Shown: positions 29,581 through 44,117 of the stretch, one piece after another
Position numbering within the stretch: the stretch's first letter is position 1
Layout of the letters: each line of letters opens with the position of its first letter
Program-made: the position numbers and the translations under genes
The notes under the pieces: generated by a model
The model's database searches: none
What the model was told of the DNA's origin: nothing
What the model saw: only the letters and a program-made list of their open reading frames with translations
Source: Lama guanicoe
Taxonomy: Eukaryota
Assembly (NCBI GenBank): GCA_013239625.1
Contig: MU053758.1
Coordinates: forward strand, 3,767,490-3,831,489
Direction: 5' to 3'
DNA length: 64,000 nucleotides

Positions 29581-31569
29581 CAGGGTTGAGGGGAGGACAG
29601 ATGGAACACAGAGAAAGGGAAGTCATCCCACCCATCCCAGGGTGGGCAAGCATCTTAGAGGAGTTCTTAGTTTAGCTAAACCTCGAAGATGAGTAGATGC
29701 TAAGTAAGCTAAGGAAGTGAGGAAAGACATCCCGTTGGCTCAAGGAAGCACCCAAGCAAAGACATAGAGGCATGAGACATAGGTTTGATAGAGAACGCAA
29801 GCACTCAAGCATTGTTGGAGCGCACGGCTGAAGGCTGGATCTGCCTGACAGAACTGAGAGCAGAGCCCGGGTGATAGACGCTGTCCGCTCAGGCTTTATC
29901 CTGACCACTCCGGGGGCACTGAAGGGTTCTAAGCAGGGGAGTGACACTGTCAGGAGTGTTCACCAGGGCCACTCCAGCGTCCGTGTGGAACACACTTTGG
30001 GAGAGGGGGCAGCAAAGGAGAAACCAGGAAAGAAGTTATCACTTGCCACTATCCAGGTAAGAGATGGTGTTGACGCAAACCTCACCTCTCCCAGGAAGTC
30101 CCACCTCATCACCTCTGATCACCTGGCTTCCCCCTTCTCAGCCCTCCCACTGCTTCTATTATCTGGGCAGCTCCCACTCCCGGGATAGCACACAACAGTG
30201 CCTTAGGGGGCCCCAAAGGGTCTCTCACATAGTTGATGTTCAGCGTGTTAATTTACTTTTGATACTCTGGTCTGACGGGGGAGGCACAGCCCTTGTCCTT
30301 GGGGACATCCGGTCTGATAGAGGAGGGCAGATGAGCCTAGATCTTTCTCTGCTTCACAGGCAGAGGGGAGCCCAGAATCAAGGAGCCACCAGGTGGGGTG
30401 GGTAGCACATGGTAGACTTCTTGGAAACACTTGACTCAGGTTTGAAAGAAGGAAGGTCCCTGGATGGGTGGAGTGGGGAGAGGGCATTCCCAGGCTGGGG
30501 CGTGCCTGCGGGAACTCCAGCACCAGCCGTGAGTAGTAAGGAAAAAATCAGCTCCTGGAAATCACAAGAGCTGTGTCAGGAACCTTGAGCAACAGGCCAG
30601 CAGGGCCCAGGGGAAGAACAACAGGGGCAAGGGGTCCCCAGACAGTTCCAGCTTCGAGGGCAGAAAGGTCCGCAGTCAGAGATTGGGGACCAGGTTCAGC
30701 GTCAGGCAGTCCACCTCTCCCCCAGGCTGAGACACCGAGGGGTCTCCGGGTCAGTAAACAGGAGTTCCAGTCTGGGCACCCCTCTCCGCCGCCACTGACC
30801 AGCCACATGACCTTGGACAAGGCACCGCAGCCCTCTGAGCCTACGTCCTATCCAATGGGCATAATAATAGTTCCTACCTCGCAGGGTTATTGTGAGGAGT
30901 AGATAGTTCTTGTCAAGTAGCCAGCGTGGTGGTTTGGCACAGAGTAAAGGTTTGGCTAAAAACTTCCCTTAAATTAAGCCCTGGAGTTTAATCAATGGAG
31001 AGCAGGGACTGAACACAAATTAAAAATGGGTATCAAAAGTCAAGCAAAGGTAGAGACAAAGAACAAAGAGGAGTCCAGGCAAGCTGGGGCATTGGAGTGA
31101 CAGGAGAAGGGAGGTCTCGGGACAGCTGCTGAGGCCAGCGAGCCACAGTGATGAGCTGGTGAGTCTGCGAGGGCCTGGCTGAGGTGGAGTCCCTGGGAAC
31201 CAGCAGGCCCAGAAGCCCTGCTGGGGAAGAGTCAGCAGGACAGTTTGGGTGTGAGGGGAGAAGGCATGGGACCTGCCAGTGAGGCCCACATTCTGAGGCT
31301 GGAGGCCAAGCCACGCCTCCCCCTGGCCTGGGAGTGATGGGGAGGCGGAAGCAGCAGCTCAGAGGTCCCAATGAGGTCCTAAGGCCAGGGAGGTCCCACT
31401 GGTCACTCAGCATCACCCGAGGCCTCATCTCCTCCCAGCTTCAGCTGTCGGTGCAGTGGGGGCAACATCTGTCTGCACACACACGCACACACACGCACAC
31501 ACACACCCCATTTCTATGTCACTCACTTCCAAAAGAGGGGACTGGGCAGCCTATGGGAAGACCCATGTG

Positions 31570-33090
31570 TATAGCACAGCAAAGAAGCCATAAACAAAAT
31601 GACAAGACTATCCATGGACTGGGAGAAAATATTTGCAAATGATGTGATCAACAAGGGTTTAATTTCCAAAATTAATTTCCAAAACAGACAGCTCACACAG
31701 CTCAATATAAAAAAAGAATCAAAAAATGGCCAGAAGACCTAATAAACATTTCTCCAGGGAAGACATACAGATGGCCAATAGGCACATGAAAAGATGCTCT
31801 ACATCACAAATTATTAGAGAAACACAAATCAAAACTACAATGAAGTATCTATCACCTCACACTGGTCAGAATGGTCATCATCAAAACGTCTAGAAATAAT
31901 AAATGCTGGAGTGGGTGTGGAGAAAAGGGAACCCTCCTACACTGCTGATGGGAATGTAAATTGATGCAGTCACTATGGAAAACAGTATGAAGTTTTCTTA
32001 AAAATTTTTAAAATAGAGTTACCATATGACCCAGCAATCCCACTCCTGGGCACATATCCAGAAAAGACAAAAACTCTAATTTGAAAACATACATGCACCC
32101 CAGTGTTCATAGCAGCACTATTCACAATAGCCAACCTAAGTGTCCATGGACAGATGAATGGATATAGAAGAAGGGGTGTGTATATACATACAACAGAATA
32201 TTACTCAGCCATAAAAAAAATAAAAGAATGAAATACTACCATTCGCAGCAACATGAATGGACCTAAAGATTATCACACTAAGTGAAGTATATCAGACAAA
32301 GACAAATATCATATGATATCACTTATATGTGGAATCTAAAAAAATGATACAAAGAAATTCATTTACAAAACAGACATATACTCTCAGACACAGAAAAAAA
32401 AACGGTTACCAAAGGGGAAAGGCAGGGAGGGATAAATTAAGAATTTGGGATTAACAGGTACATACTACTATATATAAAATAGATAAACAACAAGGACCTA
32501 CTACATAGCACAGGGAACTATATTCAATATCTTGTAATAACATATAATTGAAAAGAATCTGGAAAAGTATTATATATATATAAAACTGAATTACTTTGCT
32601 ATACACCTAAAACATTTTAAATCAACTATACTTCAATTAAAAAGTTTAAAAAAATAAAAAAAGAAACATTGCCATTTGCAGCAACATGGATGGACCTAGA
32701 GATTATCATATTAAGTGAAATAAGTCAAACAGAGAGAGACAAATATTATATGATACTATTTATATGTGGAATCTAAAAACATGACACAAATGAACTTATT
32801 TACAAAACAGAAACAGACTCATAGACATAGAAAATGAATTTATGATTACCAAAGGGGGATAAATTAGGAGTATGTGATTACAAGATACATACCACTGTAT
32901 ATAAAATAGATAAAACAATAAGGATTTACTGTATAGCACAGGGAACAATATTCAATTTCTTATAATAACCTATAACAGAAAGCAATCTGGAAAAATATAT
33001 ATATATATATAACTGAATCACTTTGCTGTACACCTGAATCTAATACAATATTGTAAATCAACTATAGGTTTAATTTTAAAAAAGAAAAAA
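31570..33090 (+). mobile_element. L1 ORF2 end plus two tandem L1 3' UTR copies
   Basis: ORF2 C-terminal sequence (gagaaaatatttgcaaat…cagcaatcccactcctggg); the 3' UTR appears twice (about 32230-32645 and 32665-33085). Confidence 0.85.
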
Positions 33091-34564
33091 ATCCATAACT
33101 TAAAATTTACCTCTTGAAAAAAAGACATATATAACAAAACTAAAAATATACAGCAAGAGTCAAAGAAAAATCAATCAAGAATTAGATAATAGAGTATATT
33201 GCTGAACATGCTTTGGTTGCAAAAGACAGAAATCCAACTTGAATTAGTTTCAAAAAGAGGCAATTCATTGACTCATCATCCTCTTTCTCTCTCTCTCTAA
33301 CATACACACACATACACACACAAGGCTGAACCCATGGCTGAAGGCAGTCCTAAATTCATCCTTCAGCCTCTTGGCTAAATAGGATCAGCTCAAATTTGAA
33401 AAAACCCAAGGAAGACCATTGTCATGGCCTGAGTAGCCAGTAGCCAGAATCCTATATGACTAATCCAGCAGGCATACTTGCCCCACTGCCCAATCCCCTG
33501 ACCAAGGAGTAAAGATCTGGTATCAGAAGAAATGAGGGGCATAGATTTGGTCCCAACCTTTATGATCTAAGCCTCCACCCCAATGTGTGTCTGCTGCAAA
33601 AGCGAAGTGGTGGGAACCACAGGGAAGAGGCTGCCTCACCTGACATCTAGCCCTGGACTTCCTGGCAGCCAAGACCAAAAGGGAAACATGATGAAATATA
33701 AAACTCTCACTAACTATGAAGGAGGCACATCTGACTGTCAAGAGAGAGAAACTCTTCTAAGGTCACAGGTCTGAGAAGAATCTGTCTTCATAGAATCCAA
33801 AGGACACTAAGCTTTCATTTACTGAGCCCTGTTCTCATTTAATCTTAACCCCCTTGGGGAAGGTGCTATTCCATGTCCATGTTAGTCCATGTTATAGACT
33901 TAGAGAGGTAAAGGCAAGGAAGTTCCCCTGGGCCTCAGTCACCAAGCGCTAAGCCCTTCCCAGCTGCCACTGAATGTGCCAGTGTCCCAAAGGGGCCAAG
34001 ATGTTCCATAAAGCTAGGCCCCTACCCCTGGCAGTATCATGGCCTACCCTTTGCTACCACTGAGCTCTGGCCACTTGTGGGCACTTACTGGCCAGACTTA
34101 TCAGCACCAGACTTCTGCCTGAGGACTTTCTCTGGCCTCCAGTGCACCGGAAGGCCAGAGTACTAGGGGGTTAACGCCACTCCCCCTGCCTGAGAGCATC
34201 CTCAGCCTGTTGGGACAGGAGGACAAATACCCCAGCTCCCTCATCCTTCGAGAAAATGTTCAGGTGCACATTTTTCACTGTCCCATGGTGAAGATTAAGC
34301 TGTGGGATTAAGCTCCAGTTGTCCATGGTGTTCATTTGCTTGATAAAACACCCCTTATTAGCTTATTTCCCTTCCCTGTCTCACTTCCTACTTCCTAATG
34401 ATGTTTCATGAGACATCTCCCAAAATACTTCTGCGCTTGAAATTTTTGTCTAAGGATCTACTTCTAAAACCCAAACTGAGGCACCTGGGTTTTTGAGTTT
34501 TAACTATATAAGCCAGTGGTATGCTGGTAAATGTTTAACCACCAGATATCTGGGGGAAGGGAAC

Positions 34565-34995
34565 TATATATATAATATACAAATAATATATAATATATAA
34601 TCCACTAATATATAATTATATAATTTTATAATAGAGTTCTCTGTATTATATAATATATAATGTTACAAATTACATATAATAAATATATAATATATAATGT
34701 ATGACAATTACTATATATTATATATATTATATAGTTGTATATTCTATATTTTAGTGTATTATAGTAATTACATATTATCTTAATTATTAATATATTCATA
34801 TATATAATACATCACATGTTATAAATATATAATAGGTATATAATAATATATTGCATATAATATATAAATAATACATAATATATTTTTATAATTATAAATT
34901 TCAAAATGTATAATTATTATACATATAAATTATAGGTTTATACTTGCATTTATGAATTTTATAAATACATAATGTATACATTTTACTAATATAAG
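34565..34995. repeat. AT-rich (TA)n-derived low-complexity tract
   Basis: About 430 nt of almost pure A/T with degenerate TATA units. Confidence 0.9.
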
Positions 34996-35035
34996 GTATG
35001 GTAGCACTCAGATTACAAATAAGAAGTACTCATTA

Positions 35036-35166
35036 GGAGGGGGGAGGGTACAGCTCAGTGGTAGAGTGCCTGCTTAGCAGGCACAAGGTCCTGGGTTCAA
35101 TCCCCAGGACCTCCATGTAAATAAATAAGTAAACAAACAAACAAACCTAATTGCGTCCCCTCTCCA
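35036..35166 (+). mobile_element. Vic-1-like SINE
   Basis: ggggagggtacagctcagtggtagagtgc…gggttcaatcccc with an (AAAC)n tail. Confidence 0.88.
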
Positions 35167-35921
35167 AAGAAAGCACCCTTTAACTGTAGTTCCATATAGT
35201 CAACAATTCCCACAGGACGTGTCCAGCAATTTTACCAAACTCTTGCAACCTCTGGTTGCAGCTGATAAATGAGTTGTTCTGACATGAACACTGGTTGAAA
35301 TTTGTGTTTACGTCAGGAGATAAAACAAAAGTGAAACAAAGACTTAGGCTCTAACTTCTGTCATTCATCAAAGATGTGAGTCAGATAGCAGATTCCAAAT
35401 ACTGAAAGGATATTTTCCTGTATTTTTTGCTATGCACAAAGCAATAGCCACATATATGACACACTTTTAAGATTAATCTGCATTATGTTTAACATTTTTT
35501 CTTGAAATATTAAGGTCTAGACTTTCTAAAGGCTTGAAAATAAAACACAACAAATCAAGCCCCAATTTGTAGCACTGGCCATTTCCGTGGCATAAATACC
35601 CCACCACCCTACGACAGGAGCAGGGGAGGGGAGGAGGGGAAGCATCAGCGGCGGCCAGACTGCCAAGGGAGCACTTGGCCACCGTGGGCACTGCCTGCCC
35701 TGCGCACACCAGAGGCACCTCTAAAATAAGGACAAAGAGCACCATTCCCTGCGTAGGTGTCTCCTTTAAGGCCAGGGCCACTCTTGATTGATCCCCGAAG
35801 CCCCTACCCTGCGCCCACCCTAAGCCCAGCACACCTGGTCCAGAGCAGCCTCCAAGTGGACGTGGGCTGAGTTCACTTGGCTCCTGCGGGAATTCGCCTT
35901 CTCTGCGGACCTGATCAAGTC

Positions 35922-36960
35922 TATTTGCAAATGATGCGACTGACAAGGGCTTATTTCCAGAATATAAAAACAATTCATATGACTTAATAATAAAAAAACA
36001 AACAACCCAATCCAAAAATGGGCAGAAGACCTAAACAAGCAATTCTCCAATGAAGACATACAAATGGCCAATAGGCACATGAAAAAATGCTCAATATCAC
36101 TAATTATCAGAGAAATGCAAGTCAAAACTACAATGAGGTATCACCTCATAGCAGTCAGAATGGCCATCATTCAAAAGTCCCACAAACAATAAAACGCTGG
36201 AGAGGCTGTGGAGAAAAGGGAACCCTCCTACACTGCTCGGGGGAATGTAATTTGATGCAGCCACTATCAAATACAGTATTGAGATTCCTTTAAAAACTAA
36301 AAATAGACTTACTATATGATCCACCATATATCCGGAGGGGACTCTAATTTGAAAAGATACGTGCACCCCAATGTTCATAGCAGCACTATTTACTATAGCC
36401 AATACATGGAAATAACCTAATGTCCACTGACAGATGACTGGATAAAGAAGTTGTGGTATGTTTATACAATGGAATACTACTATAAAAAAAGAATAAAATA
36501 ATGCCACTTGCAGGAACATGGATGGAACTGGGGATTGTCTTCTAAGTGAAGTAAGCCAGAAAGAGATAGAAAAATCACATATGACTCATGCATACGTGGA
36601 ATCTAAAACACACACGCACATATGAACTTGTTTACAAAACAGAAACAGACTCACAGACATAGAAAACAAACTTGTGGTTATTGGAGCGGGGAAGGGGTGG
36701 GAAGGGATAAATTGGGAGTTGGAGATTTGTAAATAGTAACTACTATATATAAAATAGATAAGCAACAAGACCTTCCTGTACGGCACAGGGAACTCTATTC
36801 AATATCTTGTAGTAACATATAATGAAAAAGAATATGAAAAGGAATATGTGTATGTACATGTATGACTGAAACATTATGCTGTACACCAGAAACTGACAGA
36901 ACATTGTAAACTGCCTGTATTTCAATTAATAATTTTGATTTTTTAAATTTTTTTTTAAAA
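35922..36960 (+). mobile_element. 5'-truncated L1 (ORF2 end, 3' UTR, degenerate tail)
   Basis: Colinear with the L1 at 31.6-32.6 kb; its antisense gives the classic spurious [25 protein letters not shown]. Confidence 0.88.
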
Positions 36961-37469
36961 CAACAACAGGCAGTAGCAGTTGGGAAAGCAAACAGAAGAA
37001 CTGGCGTATCTCAGATACCAGGAGTAACACTGCACTTTTAATAGCTCTCAGAAACAATGGGCCCAAAGAAAGCAAAACCTTACAAGCTTACCACTAATCC
37101 ACTGACATCAGCAGATACGCTTTATGGGGTGTTATTAATTCTCACTCTGGCCATTGTTTTAGGACTTTATGCAATTATTTAAAACAGTATTTCACAAACT
37201 TTGACACAAACTCAAGCATAAAGAATCTGAGGGTGTGTTCAGAATAGGCAAGTTATGAGGAACATTCAAAAACACTTCACCTCCTCATCTCAGGGGCCAG
37301 GATCTTGGCAAGAGGGAAAGGCCAGCCAAGAGCAAAATGCAGTCTGGTTTGGGACTTGAATCCTAGCTTGAGAAATCCAGGCATTTTCAAGTGGAAAAGC
37401 TGCTTCCTTTAGTGAAGAGGAAACTCACATTTCTGCTTCAATATTGTCCTTCTTGAACAGGAGCTTATG

Positions 37470-38165
37470 ATAAATATAACAAAACAGAAATAGATTCACA
37501 GATGCAGAGAACAAACTGGTAGTTACCAGAGGGGAGAGGGGAGGGGCAAGACAAGGGTAGGGAACTAGGAGATACAAAGCTTATGTATAAAATAAATAGG
37601 CTACATACAAAGTAGATAAACAACAATCTCCTACTGTACAGCACAGGGAAATATATTCAATATCTTGTACCTATAATGAATACCTATAATGAAAAAGAAT
37701 ATGAAAAGGAACATATGTATGTATATGTATGCCTGAAACATTATGCTGTAAACCAGAAAGTGACACAACATTGTAAACTGACTATATTTCAACTAAAAAA
37801 AATTTGAAACACAAATAAATTAAATAAATTTTTTAAAGAATATATTTATATGTATAACTGAATCACTATACTGCACACCAGAAACTAATACAACATTATA
37901 CTTCAATATGAAGTATATACTATATACTATACTTCAATATGAAAATGGGGGAAAAATAAAATAAAATAATACTATTCTAAAAATGAATTAAAAAATAAAA
38001 ATATAATAAATAGGCTATAAGGATATATTGTACAGCACAGAGAATATAGCCAATATTTTATAATAACTTTAAATGGAGTATAATCTATAAGAAAGAATCA
38101 CTATGTTGTATACCTGAAACTAATGTTGAAAGTCAACTATACCTCAATAAAATAAAAATAAAAAA
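37470..38165 (+). mobile_element. Nested L1 3'-end fragments
   Basis: An older L1 tail is split by younger tails; flanking duplication aaataggcta at about 37594-37603 and 38008-38017. Confidence 0.75.
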
Positions 38166-38656
38166 TTAAAGGGGCTCGTGTTTTGTTTACACCGAATACA
38201 GCAATGAACAGGAGAAATGTAGGTCCTGCTCTCAGGGAGTTTTACGAACTAGCTGGGAGATCCTAAGAAAGTTTTTTTCCCCCTTCATTAGTTGGGGTCT
38301 CAGTTTCCCCATGTGTCAGATGGAGATCTTTCTCACTGAGCTTCCTAAGTTTCCACTGATGGGTGGTATTCATTCCAAAGACACAGGCACAAATAGCATT
38401 GTTAAAATCACTCCACACACCCAGGTAGAAGGTGTTCTGCACACTCTGTTCTGACATCTCATTATAGAACAACTCATGAGCATGTACTCTAGCTCAGGAG
38501 TTTTTAATAACCCAGGCCAGGACTCTCTCTCTGTGTAACAGTCTCTCCATAACCTCACCTTTCAAAGTGACTCGTAAACCAATTCACAAAAGAGATTTTT
38601 AAAAGGTAATACCCGAAGTTGGTGAGCATGTGCCTCTGTCAAAACAATAGGCACTC

Positions 38657-38751
38657 AGGGCAGGTGGGTATAGCTTGGTGGTATAGCACGTGCTTAGCAC
38701 ACACGAAGTCCTGGGTTCAATCTCCAGTACGTATATTTGGAAAAAATAAAA
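38657..38751 (+). mobile_element. Vic-1-like SINE
   Basis: tRNA-like head; target-site duplication aggcactc at 38649-38656 and 38752-38759. Confidence 0.85.
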
Positions 38752-39307
38752 AGGCACTCCCATTCCCTGCCAGAAAATATGTAACTTGGTATAATTTTTC
38801 TTTGAATCAATTTGGCAGTACCAATAGAGAGCCTTGGTACATTCATTATCTTCTCACCTAGTAATTATACTTCTGAGAATCTAGCCTAAAGAAATACTGC
38901 AAAATATCTACTCAGAAAGATGTTCATCACTGCATTATTTTAAATGCCAACCCAAACAAACAATGGAAACAGCATTAAAAATGTATAACACTTTTAATAA
39001 CACAGGCAAGTGCTTCTCTTATATTAAAAACTGAATGCAAAATGATCCAGGCTTTCATTGTTTATATATGTGTGTGTATATGTGTGTGTATGAAAGAAAC
39101 TCACCAAAATGATACCAGTGAATAGCATGAGTTCCTACATTGAAAGACTTTGCTAAGTGCCTTTTCCAACAGATGAAGACACAGCCACATCAAGGCGGAC
39201 CAGGTGATATTTCAGCCACTGGAAAGAAAGGGAAGACTCTAAAATATTCTAGGGGAAGGGATAGGAATGGGATAGTATGAAGGTTCTAGAATCAAAATAG
39301 CATTGAA

Positions 39308-39470
39308 GGGGAGGGTATAGCTCAGTGGTAGAGCGCATGCTTAGCATGCATGAGGTCCTGGGTTCAATCCCCAGTACCTCCATTAAAATAAACAAACATA
39401 ATTACCTCCCCGCTCCCAAAAAGAAGTTTAAAAAAAACTGGATTCAATAAAGTAGACTCTTTTTTAAAAA
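39308..39470 (+). mobile_element. Vic-1-like SINE, near-consensus copy
   Basis: ggggagggtatagctcagtggtagagcgcatgcttagcatgcatgaggtcctgggttcaatccccagtacctcca; perfect A and B boxes of tRNA-Ala type, followed by an A-rich tail. Confidence 0.9.
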
Positions 39471-40380
39471 CAAAAATGTCATTAGGCTTTTCAACTGCAA
39501 TACTGGAAGCCAGGAAACAGTAAAGAAACAGTACTTCCAAGACACTGAGGAAAAATTATTCCCAACCTAGAATTCTATACCCAGCCAAACTGTCAGTAAG
39601 ATGCTAACAATATTTTCAGAAATGAAAGTTTTCCAAAAATGTAACCTCTATGAATCTTTTTTCAGGAAACTTCTAGAGGATGTGCTTCAGTCAAATGAAG
39701 TGAGGGGAGGGGGGAAAAAGGAAGACGTAGGATCTAGGAAACAACACAGAAAGATGCCCAAGATCATGGTGAAGGGAGATGCCGGGGTGACCGCTGGCCC
39801 AGAGCACCCAGAACAGGCTGAAGCAGGAGGACAGAGGGCTCCTGGAGGGACAGCTTCAAGAAGATGAAACTGATGGACTAGGCAGTGTTGAACACATGAA
39901 GAGGAGATGTGTACTTCTGACAATGAATTAGTGACAGTTACAAAGAAAACTTAATAAAATTGAAAAACATATACAGTGAAGAAATTTGATATAGTATAAA
40001 ACCTGATTTGACTGTGAATAATATGTACATAGTCAGAGTTATGTAAACATTAAACATTTATCTGATGAAAAATCTGAATATATAGAAAGGGGAGGAAGAA
40101 GCAGAGAGGGGCAGCACTGTATGAGGGAGTTAAATCCCCTTCCTGCAAGGCAGGAAGTCAAGCGATTAAAAACCAAAACTGAAAAAAAAATCAAGAAATG
40201 GTAATATAACTTGTCATTTAGAAACAAGGAGGCAAAAGCAAGAGCTGAGATTTTAAAATGGGAGGTAGCAATGGAGGCATGTGACACTTGAGGACATCAC
40301 CTGCGGATGGCTCTTTTTCATAAAAAGCCTAATTATGTTATACATATATAACTTTGGCTTTTTTTAATTAAAAATTTTAA
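39470..40380 (+). mobile_element. Ancient L1ME/HAL1-type fragment
   Basis: caacctagaattctatacccagccaaactgtc is an ORF1-region motif of old L1s; boundaries are approximate. Confidence 0.5.
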
Positions 40381-41341
40381 ATGTGGAAGGCGTCCACAAC
40401 AAGTGAGAAGTGTGGTATACCTCAATAGCCAGGTAGGGTGGGCTCATGGGGTGGGAGGAAGGTGGGGGGAGACACCACAGAGGGTGAAGACAGGAGAGCC
40501 AGCATCCCAGGGGAGAGGGAGCATCACAGGTGGTTGAATATCCTCATCGTGATCTGACCACATTATCGTTAGAAAGGTCATTAAGTAGAAATAGGGGTGG
40601 AGAGATTGACAGCAAAGGACCCCGATTAGTGTGCCCACTAATGGGGATGAAGAGGAGAGTGTGGGTGACAGATGTTTCTAGGGGACTCGTTGGCACTCAA
40701 TTCACTGGCTGAGGGGAGTGAGGAAGTGGAGGGAGTTGATAGGAGTGATGAGAGGAAGCAGGCTGGAAGGAGAAAGATGCCCTTCTAACCACGGACACCA
40801 TCCCCAAGGCAGAAGGCTCTCCCTTCCACCATCTGACACAAAAATCATCCCGTGCAAAGGTGAGGACCCAAGCAGTAGAGTCAAGAGCTTAAGCTCTGGA
40901 GTCTTTGGGTTAAAACAGCTAAAAAGATAGAGCCGTATAAAAGAAAGGCATGGACTTTGTAGCCAGACAGACCTGGGTGTGAACTTACTGGCATGATGGT
41001 GCCACTTACTGTCGGTGCCACTTGAGGAAACAAAATAGACCTGACCACACCCACCTCACAGAGTTGCCAGGAGAGTCAGAGGAAAGAATGGCTGCAAAAT
41101 GCCTCTCACAGCGACTGTCAACACTAGTGAGCTCCCTCCCATCCTGTGTCCAGACTCCCAGTCCCACGGCAGCATGGAGGTCTTCTGGGAAGACTCTTCC
41201 AAGCTCTTCCGAGCTTTGCTCTTCCCTGCATCCCCCAGGCTGTGAGGTCCCCGAAGGTTCCCGGGAGGCACCTTCAACTCCCCTCCCATCAGTTCAGAAA
41301 CGGAGACCACACAGGTTTGTTGCATCAACCAGACAGTCAGC

Positions 41342-41347
41342 TTTATT
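41342..41347 (-). terminator. KRT16: Residual KRT16 poly(A) signal AATAAA
   Basis: tttatt about 130 nt past the ancestral stop codon. Confidence 0.7.
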
Positions 41348-41474
41348 AGCCTGCCCCCAGTGGAGAGGGAGGGAAGACGGCTGGGAGCCGTGGTGGGAGA
41401 GCAGGGGCGTGATGCAGGCCTTTGGGAGGTGAGGCCGGCAGTCGAGGAGGGCAGGAGGCTCTGGGAGAAGCTGC

Positions 41475-44117
<2,643 letters not shown>

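Larger units (their letters stand above)
34513..35608. mobile_element. MER63-like hAT DNA-transposon remnant, interrupted by an AT-rich tract and a SINE
   Basis: Begins ccagtggtatgctggtaaatgtttaac, recalled as the MER63 terminus; family assignment is tentative. Confidence 0.45.

Noticed and set aside
35820..36519. Hydrophobic minus-strand ORFs ([15 protein letters not shown]…, MFLQVALFYSFF…)
   Set aside because: These are well-known antisense translations of L1 ORF2 and 3' UTR.
39308..39383. tRNA-Ala-like sequence with perfect A and B boxes
   Set aside because: It runs into an A-rich SINE tail and has six diverged relatives in the window, so it is a SINE head and not a tRNA gene.
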